Source: an uncultured Parcubacteria group bacterium
GTDB taxonomy: Bacteria > Patescibacteriota > Patescibacteriia > UBA9934 > CAMTUG01
Length of the DNA: 64,000 nucleotides
Direction: 5' to 3'
Assembly: GCA_947084965.1 (NCBI GenBank)
Contig: CAMTUG010000001.1
Coordinates: forward strand, 211,914 to 275,913
Positions 15,569 to 25,800 of the stretch are shown one piece after another; within the stretch, counting starts at the first letter, position 1, and every line of letters begins with the position of its first letter. The notes under the pieces were generated by a model that saw only the letters and a program-made list of their open reading frames with translations, did no database searches and was not told where the DNA came from. The translations under genes were made by a program, and so were the position numbers.

Positions 15569-15666
15569 AAGGGTGGGGATTTGAACCGTGGGAAAGGGGT
15601 ACGGGGAAAACGAACACGAGGGAGACCTGTTTGTGTTACAATTAAACAAAGGATGCATGAATATTT

Positions 15667-16677
15667 ATGAAAAAATCGACGCTTACGTATCTTAGTTTGT
15701 TGATCGTTCTTGGCCTGGCGATGGTTACAGGATTTTCTGTGATCAAGGATCGTTTTTTCACATCAGACAATTTGATCGCGGATAACACGAATGAGAGGGT
15801 GTTGAATGCCTTTAGTTGTAATAGCAGTCAAATGTTCATACCCCCGACAAGCGGAGAAGACTTAACGGAGATTCAATTGTATACCGCGCGAAGTGATGAT
15901 GGTGTTACTTTTGCAGATGAACGGGAGTTTATAAAAGGTGCGGGCGTACCAAGTGTGACGCAAGGTGAGGACGGAACGCTCTTTGCTGTTTTCAATTGGT
16001 TCCCATCCTATGCAGAAAATCCAGATTGCTATAACAAAATCGCCATGATGACTTCGAACGACGCTGGTGTTACATGGGACGGTCCGTTCGGTTTATTTAT
16101 CGAAGAGTTCCCGGACGATTATCAACTGCCTTATGATCCTACGATTGCACGAGACGCTGAGGGGAAATTTAGGATGTTTTTCACGACACATAAATTAGGT
16201 ATGGACGAGCCGTTTATTTACGGGAGTGCAGTATCTGAAGACGGTCTTCACTTTACTTATGACGGTATCGTATTTGAAAGTAAAGGTAATCATGTTGTGG
16301 ATGGCTCAGAAATATATTTCAACGGCAAGTGGATTATGATTGCCCCGCTCGCTAAGCAAAACGGCGAGGCCCTTCAGGCGACTTCCATTGATGGACGTTT
16401 GTTTGAGGTGGTGAATAGTAATCGGCCAAAACGCAGTATGTATTGGGTAGGAAATATGGTCGCACTTGCTGACGAAGTCCGTTTTTATGGTTCGTGCGGT
16501 GAAGAAACGGATCTTCGTGGACTTTGTTATAGTGCGACAACGGATGGGAATGTTTGGGATGATCCGGTCCTTACAAACGGTTACGCCGGTGATCCGGGGG
16601 TTGTATATCTGGATGATGGACAGTTCGTCATTATTTATGCAGAGCCTCGTGCGCCTGTCGTACCAATAGAACGATAA
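15667..16677 (+). CDS. secreted BNR/Asp-box beta-propeller protein (sialidase / glycoside-hydrolase-like), low GC
   Basis: Signal/TM N-terminus. S-x-D-x-G-x-T-W/F motifs (SDDGVTF, SNDAGVTWDG, SEDGLHF, TTDGNVWD). About 42-45% GC versus about 50% for the backbone. Confidence 0.6.
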   Translation: MKKSTLTYLSLLIVLGLAMVTGFSVIKDRFFTSDNLIADNTNERVLNAFSCNSSQMFIPPTSGEDLTEIQLYTARSDDGVTFADEREFIKGAGVPSVTQGEDGTLFAVFNWFPSYAENPDCYNKIAMMTSNDAGVTWDGPFGLFIEEFPDDYQLPYDPTIARDAEGKFRMFFTTHKLGMDEPFIYGSAVSEDGLHFTYDGIVFESKGNHVVDGSEIYFNGKWIMIAPLAKQNGEALQATSIDGRLFEVVNSNRPKRSMYWVGNMVALADEVRFYGSCGEETDLRGLCYSATTDGNVWDDPVLTNGYAGDPGVVYLDDGQFVIIYAEPRAPVVPIER

Positions 16678-16803
16678 AAGTGAGCGTCCGACGATCAACT
16701 TTTTAAAACACTGTTGTTGAAGCTCTTTTAGCTTGCCTAGAATAGTCCCTCACCAGGCCTTGCTTTTTAGCTTCCGTTTGTATATCATGCTCACGCAAAA
16801 CAT

Positions 16804-16890
16804 GGGCAGGTACCGAAGTGGTCAAACGGGGGAGACTGTAAATCTCCTGGCTTTACGCCTTCGATGGTTCGAACCCATCCCTGCCCACCA
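16804..16890 (+). tRNA. tRNA-Tyr (anticodon GTA), long variable arm
   Basis: GGGCAGG acceptor pairs with CCTGCCC. Anticodon stem-loop GGAGA-CTGTAAA-TCTCC. Type II variable arm. T-arm GATGGttcgaacCCATC. CCA encoded. Confidence 0.8.
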
Positions 16891-16891
16891 G

Positions 16892-17017
16892 ACCGGTCCG
16901 CAGATTTTGGTCCAGGACTGTGTTGCGGGGCCCTGTCGTCTTGTCGCCGTACGTTTCAGTACGGCTCCTGCGCCGACGTCCCGCGCCTTGTCCTGAACAC
17001 AAAATCTGCAGACCGGC
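16892..17017. repeat. 18-bp inverted repeat (ACCGGTCCGCAGATTTTG / CAAAATCTGCAGACCGGC) enclosing a GC-rich 90-bp spacer between tRNA-Tyr and tRNA-Thr
   Basis: Arms match 16/18. The spacer GC is much higher than the flanks and contains a CCGTACGtttcaGTACGG hairpin. Confidence 0.5.
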
Positions 17018-17027
17018 GCTAAAACAG

Positions 17028-17101
17028 GCCGGCGTAGCTCAGTGGTAGAGCAACACTTTTGTAAAGTGAAGGTCGTCGGTTCAAATCCGACCGTCGGCTC
17101 C
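17028..17101 (+). tRNA. tRNA-Thr (anticodon TGT)
   Basis: GCCGGCG acceptor pairs with CGTCGGC. D-arm GCTCagtggtAGAGC. Anticodon loop tTTGTaa. T-arm GTCGGttcaaatCCGAC. CCA encoded. Confidence 0.8.
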
Positions 17102-17157
17102 AGAGTATTGACGAAATCAGCCCGTTTTGTTACTATCCCAGCACATAAATTTGCCAT

Positions 17158-17313
17158 ATGCCACAGGATCAACGCGCCAAAATGGAATGCACCGACTGCA
17201 AACACGTTGGCTATAACACCACTCGCAACAAAAAGACGCTTAAGGAACGCCTTCAGCTCTCCAAGTTCTGCAAGTGGTGCCGTCACCACACGACGCACAA
17301 AGAAACGAAATAA
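17158..17313 (+). CDS. rpmG: 50S ribosomal protein L33
   Basis: 51 aa, MPQDQRAKMECTDCKHVGYNTTRNKKTLKERLQLSKFCKWCRHHTTHKETK, with the L33 zinc-ribbon pattern C..C...C..C. Below the ORF-track length cutoff. Confidence 0.8.
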   Translation: MPQDQRAKMECTDCKHVGYNTTRNKKTLKERLQLSKFCKWCRHHTTHKETK

Positions 17314-17376
17314 TCAAAAGCCGCCTCCGGGCGGTTCTTGATTTTCCCCCAAGGAGTCGGTATAGTTCCGCCGCAT

Positions 17377-17451
17377 AGGGGTGTAGTGAAATGGTTATCA
17401 CTAGGGTCTCCAAAACCCTCATTCAGAGTTCGAATCTCTGCGCCCCTGCCA
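17377..17451 (+). tRNA. tRNA-Trp (anticodon CCA)
   Basis: AGGGGTG acceptor pairs with CGCCCCT. Anticodon stem-loop AGGGT-CTCCAAA-ACCCT. T-arm CAGAGttcgaatCTCTG. CCA encoded. Confidence 0.8.
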
Positions 17452-17602
17452 AAAATTCCGACGGCTTTTGCCGGCGGGATTTTTGATAAGGCAGAGATTC
17501 GAACGGAGGGATGGTAAGGGAGGATACTCCCTTACATGTCGGGGGTGACAGGAGCGAAGCGACGACCAGAGGGGCGGAAGCCCCTCTGGGTTCGGTGAGA
17601 TT

Positions 17603-17618
17603 CTCTGCGCCCCTGCCA
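17603..17618 (+). repeat. direct duplicate of the 3' end of tRNA-Trp (CTCTGCGCCCCTGCCA), about 150 bp downstream of the tRNA
   Basis: Exact 16-nt match to 17436-17451. An inverted tRNA-like fragment (GGCAGAGATTCGAAC, 17491-17505) and three perfect hairpins (17619-17640, 17641-17668, 17691-17717) lie around it. Confidence 0.6.
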
Positions 17619-17690
17619 CGTCGGTCGCGACCGACGTGGCCTGCCACTTGCGTTGGGTGGCAGGCCTCCGGGGTCGTGCCAACATGATTC

Positions 17691-17717
17691 AAAAGAACGC
17701 CGAAAGGCGTTCTTTTG
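17691..17717 (+). terminator. hairpin AAAAGAACGCCgaaaGGCGTTCTTTT
   Basis: Perfect 11-bp stem with a GAAA tetraloop and a U-tail. Confidence 0.6.
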
Positions 17718-17846
17718 TTATGGTAGAATAATGTTGGTATATGGTACTTCTACATCCTACAAAGCCAGAAGGATACGAACTACGATAGCCTGGCACCATA
17801 ATTTGAAATCCATTAGAAGACTCTGCGATACTATTTTCCTACCTGT

Positions 17847-18473
17847 ATGCCAAGACTTCTCGTTAGCGAACCGATGCCGTGGGCGATCATGGTCTTTGGA
17901 TTCCTGAGCATCATTCCGTTGTTGACTACAGCACTGTTCGGTTGGCGCACGTTCGATGCAGCATCAGCGATGCTCCGCGGAGAGGAGCGCTTGCAGACGA
18001 TCTGTCTCGACGTTGCCCCTCCGCCGATCTGTATGACCACTGAGGCCTATCCGGCATTCCTGCCAAGTGCGGTGGGGCTTGTGATAAGCATTCTCGGCCT
18101 CGTTGCTTGTTGGGTGTTGGCGGCTAGAAAGCGGGCTGTGTGGATGGATGGAGACGGAACGATGCGCGTGACGTGGGGCGACGGTCGTGGCCCTGTGGTG
18201 TTGCGTCGGTTTTTGCTTGAAGCGCTGAGTGACTTTTCTGTCACGCGCGAGCGGCGCGTAACCCTTTCACCTATTGTTGGCACGAGCGTCACGCGCGTGG
18301 GACGAGCACCAGATCGTTGGCGACTGCGTGCGACGTTCAAAGGCGGAACGGCAGACTTGGGGAGCTACCCGAGTGAGGAAGCGGCGAAGAAGATCGTCCG
18401 TCTGGTCACATCAGTGCGGAACAATGAGCAGGACGATGAAAGCGGCATCTGGTATTATGGTCGTTCAAATTGA
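17847..18473 (+). CDS. hypothetical membrane protein (two N-terminal TM helices plus soluble domain)
   Basis: TM helices WAIMVFGFLSIIPLLTTALFGW and AVGLVISILGLVACWVLAA. No recognised catalytic motif. Confidence 0.5.
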   Translation: MPRLLVSEPMPWAIMVFGFLSIIPLLTTALFGWRTFDAASAMLRGEERLQTICLDVAPPPICMTTEAYPAFLPSAVGLVISILGLVACWVLAARKRAVWMDGDGTMRVTWGDGRGPVVLRRFLLEALSDFSVTRERRVTLSPIVGTSVTRVGRAPDRWRLRATFKGGTADLGSYPSEEAAKKIVRLVTSVRNNEQDDESGIWYYGRSN

Positions 18474-18481
18474 AACGATGT

Positions 18482-18691
18482 ATGGAAACAGATCAACCAG
18501 CACAAACGATCGATGACCTGATGGACGCAGGGACGGGTTTGGTCATCGAGGTTAGTCGACTGGATGCGGCGCTCGCCAAGCGACTTGGGGAGCATCTGTT
18601 TGCCTGGCGCTCACTTGCTTGCCGCGGGTTCGGTGTTTCCGAAGATGGTTTAGATGTGTTACGTAGGCATTTCGATCGTAGGGGTGAATAA
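18482..18691 (+). CDS. small hypothetical protein (about 70 aa)
   Basis: Track ORF 18470..18691. A start at METDQ avoids overlap with the upstream gene. Support is weak. Confidence 0.3.
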   Translation: METDQPAQTIDDLMDAGTGLVIEVSRLDAALAKRLGEHLFAWRSLACRGFGVSEDGLDVLRRHFDRRGE

Positions 18692-18712
18692 AATAATTGT
18701 ACATCGAAACGT

Positions 18713-19180
18713 ATGCGCACGTTTACGCGTAAACCGTGGCTTGTGAAAACGGATCGACTGTTCTATGGACTTTTTCCTGCGTTCATCGGGATCGGGCTTA
18801 TCGCAGCTGCATGGGGGTTGCAGGGCACGGCCGGGGTGCCGGCGGTGGCCATTTGGCTCTGGGGTACGATGGGGATCTTATTGATCGGATTTGGAGGTTG
18901 GCTGTATAAGCGCGCTCCTGTCCCGACGCGGATCAGTATTGATGAAACTTCCGTACGCATTGAGTATGATCGTATGACACCTGTCATCATTCCGCGGAGC
19001 GCCGTGACCAATGTGAATATAGGAATGGTGCGCACCCAGTCTAGCAACAACCATATAACGTATCGTGAAAACGGGATCGTAAAGCACGCGATTCTCCTTA
19101 GTGGGTATCGTGACGACGAAGGGAAAAGATACAGTGGGCGGGCTCTTGTCAAAGAATTGCGCTCAATCCTCCTTTCATAA
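18713..19180 (+). CDS. hypothetical membrane protein (two TM helices plus PH-like soluble domain), architecture parallel to 17847..18473
   Basis: TM helices LFPAFIGIGLIAAAWGL and IWLWGTMGILLIGFGGWLY, followed by a beta-rich domain. Confidence 0.5.
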   Translation: MRTFTRKPWLVKTDRLFYGLFPAFIGIGLIAAAWGLQGTAGVPAVAIWLWGTMGILLIGFGGWLYKRAPVPTRISIDETSVRIEYDRMTPVIIPRSAVTNVNIGMVRTQSSNNHITYRENGIVKHAILLSGYRDDEGKRYSGRALVKELRSILLS

Positions 19181-19211
19181 AAAAGATCTCTCGGGTGAGA
19201 GATCTTTTTTA
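19179..19211. terminator. bidirectional intrinsic terminator AAAAAGATCTCTCgggtgAGAGATCTTTTTT
   Basis: Perfect 13-bp stem with A/T runs on both sides, between convergent genes. Confidence 0.7.
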
Positions 19212-19224
19212 TGATGGATGTTTG

Positions 19225-19773
19225 TTAGTCGATCTTGAGGGTGGGTGCCACGGCCGTGCGGATGACGTCGCAACCGTTTTCTTTGCCCGCTGAGTAACCG
19301 CTTCCACAGCTGCCGGCGAACAGGAGTGTTGATGCACTGACGGCGGTCGGATAGAGCGTCCCACCCGCGGCACAGATATCAAAGTCTTGTTTAAAACTCT
19401 CAAGGGTTCCGTAAGCCGGAACGTTCGGTGCGAGAGTGACGGTCCAGGTCGGCATTTCATAGTCGCCGGCGATCGTAAACGTGTATCGTTGTTGAGCTGT
19501 TCCAGCGAAGAGGCGTTCGAGGTCTAGATAATACGAAGCATCGCGGGCATAGCCACATTCTTCGGCTTGGGTATAGAGCGTTTCTGCATCGATCAATGAT
19601 GCATCGGTTCCATCTGGCAGGATCGTCTCTGTGGTCACGGAGATCTTCCCATCCGCCGGGAGAGTGTATTGGAGCGGAGAAAGACTCCAAGGCTCTGATG
19701 TTGGCGCCGACGATCCGGCACACCCCCCGCCGACCAAAAGGAGGGCGATGCTTAGGATAAGAAGATTGCGCAT
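19225..19773 (-). CDS. hypothetical lipoprotein
   Basis: Signal peptide with lipobox LLLVGGGC. Secreted-type composition. Six Cys. Confidence 0.55.
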   Translation of the reverse strand: MRNLLILSIALLLVGGGCAGSSAPTSEPWSLSPLQYTLPADGKISVTTETILPDGTDASLIDAETLYTQAEECGYARDASYYLDLERLFAGTAQQRYTFTIAGDYEMPTWTVTLAPNVPAYGTLESFKQDFDICAAGGTLYPTAVSASTLLFAGSCGSGYSAGKENGCDVIRTAVAPTLKID

Positions 19774-19899
19774 AGCAGACAGAATTTACATGACAATACC
19801 TTTAGGATACCCCAAAACGTGATGGGGGCAAAAGGTCCTTTTTCTAATGACAGGATAACGCGTTCCTAGTATACTTACGCTATTCTTTCTTTTGCCTTT

Positions 19900-22800
19900 A
19901 TGTTTAAGCGGTTCGTCTGTCTGCTCGGGGTCCTTTCAGCAGTTTTTATTTTTGCCGGGGCAGAACCGGTGCACGCCGCGGCCTACACCTGGGATGGCGG
20001 GGGATCGACGAATAATTGGAGCGATTGTTTGAACTGGTCGACTAATGTCTGTCCGGTCGGAGCTGATACCGTAACCTTTGATGCCACCAGCACCAAAAAC
20101 GCTTCGATCGATGCCTCATGGGGTGGTTCAATTACGGGAATCACGATCGCCTCGGGTTATTCAGGAACGGTCTCTGTTGATCGTTCATTGGCGGTTAGTG
20201 GCGCATTTAGCATTGCCGCTGGCGCCTTTAACGGCACATCACAAAGCATAGACTTCAACGGGTCAGTGACCATTTCCGGAGGAACATTCACGGCTTCTTC
20301 TGGCTCGATGACTATGGCCGGCGGGTTTACCCATACAGCCGGGGGAACGTTTGCTCACAATAACGGTTCCATCACCATGGACGGCAGTACAGCGTTCACA
20401 TGGAATGTCGCTGTCACCGAGGAACTCTATAATCTCACCATCAACAACACCAGTACATCGGCGATCACTGTTGCGAGCGGCGACACATTGAATGTTAATA
20501 ACACCTTGACCTTCACTGACGGCTCGATCGCGACGGGTACGATCGCCGGTAAAGGGGCGACGATCGTCGTCGACGCTGGATGGGGAACGGGTTCAAACTC
20601 GAGCGGGACGTTGCTTGTGAACGGTGGCGGTGCGCAAACAGTCACCATCGCCCCACAGTCGAACGCCTCATTTGAAGCCTTTGATCAGCTCACCTTGAAC
20701 AACGCCTTAGCATCGATCACAGGGACAGGCGGCGCGGGTGCCATCGGTCTGGATAAGATTACCCTGACCGCTGGAACATTGAACGTTACTGGGTACACCT
20801 TGATCGCCAACGAAACGATGACGATTAACGGCGGTACCTTGACGCTCGGCACGACGGGGACATCGACGATCGGTTCAACCTTCAATCTTTCTGCTGGCAT
20901 CTTCAACGGCGGTTCTGCGACCGTTGATTTTAATGGCACTGTGACGATCTCTGGCGGGACGTTCAACGCATCTTCCGGTTTGCAGACGATGGACAGTAAT
21001 TTCACCCATACTGCGGGCGGGACGTTCAATCATGGCAACGGCTCGATCACGATCGATGGGAGCACGGCCGTGACCTGGGACGTGTCGACCACGGAAAATC
21101 TGTATAATCTCACGATCAACAATACGAGTACGTCAGCGATGACGGTGGCAAGCGGGGATACTCTGAACGTCAACAATAACGCAACATTTACCGATGGTGG
21201 GATTATCACCGGAACGATCGCGGTCAAAGGGCCTGCCGTCTCGATCGGGACAAACTTCGGTTTTTCTGCTTTCTCCAACGGTACTTTGACGATCAACGGT
21301 TCCGGAGCGCAGACGGTGACGATGGCGGTGCTGGCGGGTGCGGGTTTTGAGCCGTTTGATCAGATTATCTTGAATAACGCTGCGGCCACCTTTGGCGGAA
21401 CAGGCGCGGCTGGCACATTAGCTTTCGATAAAGTGACGGTTACTGCCGGTGTCTTTGACATGACTGGCTACACATTTTCGGCCAACGAAGCGGTCGTGGT
21501 CAATGGGGGGACGATGACCATGGGAACGTCTGGAACAAACACGTTTAGCGGCACATTCAGTCTTTCTTCGGGGACGTTCAACGGTGGGTCCGGGAATGTG
21601 AATGACTTTAACAGCACCATCACGATTTCCGGTGGAACGTTCAACGCTTCATCGGCCACAACGACTGCGGCTGGTGACTACACTCACTCGGCAGGCGGAG
21701 TGTTCAATCACAACAATGGGTTGTTTACCATCGACGGATCCTCTGGCTCGACGATTGATATTGGTACCACCGAGACGTTTTACGACTTGACGATAAATAA
21801 CAGCGCCACGACGGCGTTAACGCTCACGAGCGGAACGACACTGAATGTCAATAATGCATTGACGCTGACGGATGGAGGTTGGCTCTCGGGTACGATCGCG
21901 GCTAAAGGGCCAACGACGACGATCGGGGCCGGCTTTGGTTTCGCGACGATCGCCGCTGGTACGCTGACCATTAATGGCGTCGGTGTCCAATCGGTGACGA
22001 TGGCCGCTCTTGCCGCCGGGTTTGAACCCGTTGATCAGCTGACGATCAACAACGCCTCAGCAACCTTGACGGGCACTGGGGCGTCCGGGGTGTTGGCTTT
22101 TGATAAGGTGACGGTCACAGCGGGTTTGTTTGACGCCACGGGATATACGGTTTCCATCAATGAACCGGTTATCATCAACGGCGGTACCATGACCATGGGT
22201 AACTCCGGCACGAATACGTTCAACGGTACCTTCGCTATTTCTTCCGGAACGTTCAACGGCTCTGCTGCGACTCTGGATTTCAACAGTACCGTTACTGTGT
22301 CTGGGGGTATCATGAATTTCTCCTCAACCGTGACGTCGCTGGCCGGGACGTACACCCACACTGCCGGCGGCACGGTCAACTATAACGGCACGACCTTGAC
22401 CATCGATGGGGGCAGCGGCTCAACGTGGGACGTCTCGACCAACGAGACGGTACCGGCTTTGACCGTGGCTAAAACAGGAAGCGCGACATGGACGATCGCG
22501 ACGGGTGACACGATGATCGTTACGGGCACAACGCTTCTTACGGACGGCGAACTTTCTACGGGTGCGATTTCCGCCCGTGGCGACGTAACCGTTTCTTCCA
22601 CCTGGGACGGTGGGGCGGGGACATCCGTTCTCAGCTTGGATGGCTCGGGCGTTGTTGTGATGACCCACACCAACGGCGGCAACAACACGGAGCCAGCAAA
22701 TACCTTGATCGTGAATAATGCCAACGCGACGGTCAACATGCCGGCGACAGGCGCTTCATTTGTCTGGGGGTTGGATATTCGTGCTGGTGTGGTCAATGTC

Positions 22801-25800
22801 AATGGTGGTGATCTGACTGTGGGGAGTACCTATACACAGTCCGGCGGGACATTCAACGGCGGAGCGGGGAGTGTGACTACTTCCACCACGTACACCCTTT
22901 CCGGCGGGACGTTCAATGCGCCAAGCGGCACCTTGAATCTTGTTGATGACTTCACCCATACCGCTGGTGGAACGTTCAATCATAACAACGGCTTGGTGAA
23001 GACGATCAATGCCGTGGATCTTACCTTTGACTTCAACGTCTCTGAGACGTTCTATAATTTTGAATCTTCAAAAACAACGAACTGGCAGACGATCATCACT
23101 TCTGGGGATTCGTTGATCGTCCTGAATACAGCGACCTTGACTGACGGTCGAATCATGACCGGAACACTTGAAATCAAAAATACGTTATCGATCGCATCGA
23201 CGTACGATTACGGCAATGCGAGCCTAACGTTTTCGGGAACGGTCGACCAAACATTCACACTTCCTTCAGGGCAATCTGCTTCCTGGGACATGCCGGCGCT
23301 TACGGTTAACAAGGCTTCAGGTACGCTGACGTTCGGTTCGGATGTGACGTTGGATTGCGGGGGCACGAGTTGCAACCTCGTTTTGCAACAAGGGGTGCTT
23401 TCTCTTAACGGGTTTGGCCTGCGAGTTAATGATTTCTCGATCAGTAATGGAACGTTTATTTCCGGAGCGAGCACGGTTGATATCGATGACGACTTGACGA
23501 TTACTGGCGGAACGTTTAACGCCACGACAGGGACGACCATCATCGGCGGGGATTTTACCCATACCGCCGGTGGGGTGTTCAATCATAATAACGGGACGGT
23601 GGAGTTCGATACGTCAAATGATCAGACCATTAACGTCAATGTTAACGAAACGTTTTATACGGTTCGCATCAGTAAAAACGGTTTTCAACAGACGATTACT
23701 GCGGGGGACACGATTACGGTTCTCGGCAACCTATTGTTGACGGACGGTCGTTTTGGAACAGGAACGATTGATATGCAAGGCGCGGCGACGACCATCGCTT
23801 CAACTTATGACCCCAGTGATGTCACATTGAAGTTCACCGGTACGGCAGCACAGACGCTTGACTTGACCGGAGCGGCCGCCGTATTTGATGGGCCAGTAAC
23901 GATCGATAAGCCTTCTGGCGAAGTTGCTTTGCTCTCTGCTCTGACGATGGACACAAGCAGTCGCACCTTGACGTTGCAATCCGGAACGCTGAATCGGAAC
24001 GGGTTCGCTTTGACTGTCCACCACTACACCCAGACAGGCGGGACGTTCTCAAGTAGTGCGGGCAACGTTGACGTGAACGGTACGTTTACGCTTTCTGGGG
24101 GTACGTTCTCTGCCTCATCTGGAACGACGTTTTTTGGCGGTGCTTATACCCATACCGCCGGTGGAACGTTCGATCACAATAACGGTCGGGTGGAATTTGA
24201 CACCGCGGTGGACATTACTGCAGACGTTATCGGATCGGAGACGTTTTATGATCTGGCCATTACCAAAGCTGGGAATCTGGTCACGTTGGGGGCGGGCGAC
24301 ACGTTGATCGCCACCGGCGATCTGTATCTCACAGATGGTCGTTTTGGTGGCGGCACGATCGAAGCACGCGGCAACGTGACCGTGGCCTCGACGTTTGATA
24401 TTGGTAATGCTGCCTACACGTTTACCGGGAGCGCTGTTCAGACCTTTACTCTCGGAGTTGCTGCCAACATCGACGGCGACGTCACTGTGAACAAGAGCGG
24501 CGGATCGGTGGTACAGGTCGGAACGCTTACCCTGAACGCCGCATCACAAGATCTGACGATCGTTTCCGGAACGTATGATTTGAACGGCTCCAATCTCACT
24601 GTGAACGGCAGTAGCGGTACGTTAGTTGTACAGAATGGGGGTGTGCTTCAGCTTCAAGGTGGAGAAGTGGTCACTCTGAATGTCAGTAACCCGACGTTCC
24701 AGGCCGGAAGTTTGGCTCGCTACACCGGAACGGTCGGCCCGTATACCCTCAAGAACTGGACGTACAGATCGATCACGGTCGACGGAGGGGCAGCATCTGT
24801 TTTTGCTCTGCCAGGGGCGCTTTCTCTCCCTGCAGATCTGACGATCACTTCTGGAATCGTAAGTTTGGGGGGCAATGCGTTGACCGTTTCAGGAACGTTC
24901 TCAAATGACGGCACATTACGATTACGCGGGAACGAAACGGTGACGCTCACCAACGATGCTGATTCTGGAACGGTGGAATATGTCGGCGACGGCGATGCTG
25001 CGGCCGATGCCTATGTTCTTCAGAACTGGCCGTACTACCATCTCACCTTGGCCTTTGTGGACGCCCTTGATTCCGCGTCAGCCGGTGGAACACCGCTCGA
25101 CATCAATGGATCGTTTACGCTCAGCGCGGGGACGTTTACCGCTCCAGCGACGATGACCGTAGCTGGAAATTTTGCCCATAGTGGTGGGGTGTTCACGCAT
25201 AACAACGGTACGGTGGTTCTTGATGGGTTGAATCAGACCGTCTCAGGGACAACGACCTTTAATCACTTCACAAAATCTGTTAGTTCAGCAGCGACCCTGA
25301 CTCTTCCGGCAACAGCGACCCAGACGTTTGTCGGGACGATGACGCTGACGGGTGCGAGCGGGCAGCGTCTTTCCTTGCGCAGTTCTACGCCGGGGGTGCA
25401 GGCGCTGATCGATCCACAAGGGACTCGGACCGTTTCCTATCTCGACGTCCAAGACAACAATAACGCCAATGCAACGATGATCGTCTGCTCGACGGGGTGT
25501 GTTGAAGGCACCAACGTGACAAATTGGTCGTTCACCACGCCAGGGATCACAGTCGGAGCCATCTCCGGTGACACCACTGAAGCGGGGGGTACCGCCACCT
25601 TCACCGTCGTTCTCGAATCTGAACCAACCGCAGACGTGACGATCGGCGTGAGTTCTTCGGACGTAACCGAAGGGACGGTTGATCCGGCCTCCCTCACCTT
25701 TACTTCGCTCAACTGGGATACTCCACAAACGGTCACGGTTACTGGCACCGATGACTTCGTGATTGATGGCAGTGTTGTCTTCTCGATCGTTCTTGAGCCA

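Noticed and set aside
17452-17620. A second, intron-containing or split tRNA between tRNA-Trp and the duplicated 3' end
   Set aside because: The segment has a tRNA-like 3' end but no matching 5' acceptor strand or D-arm. The complete tRNA-Trp upstream already has all parts. It is interpreted as a duplicated att-like fragment instead.
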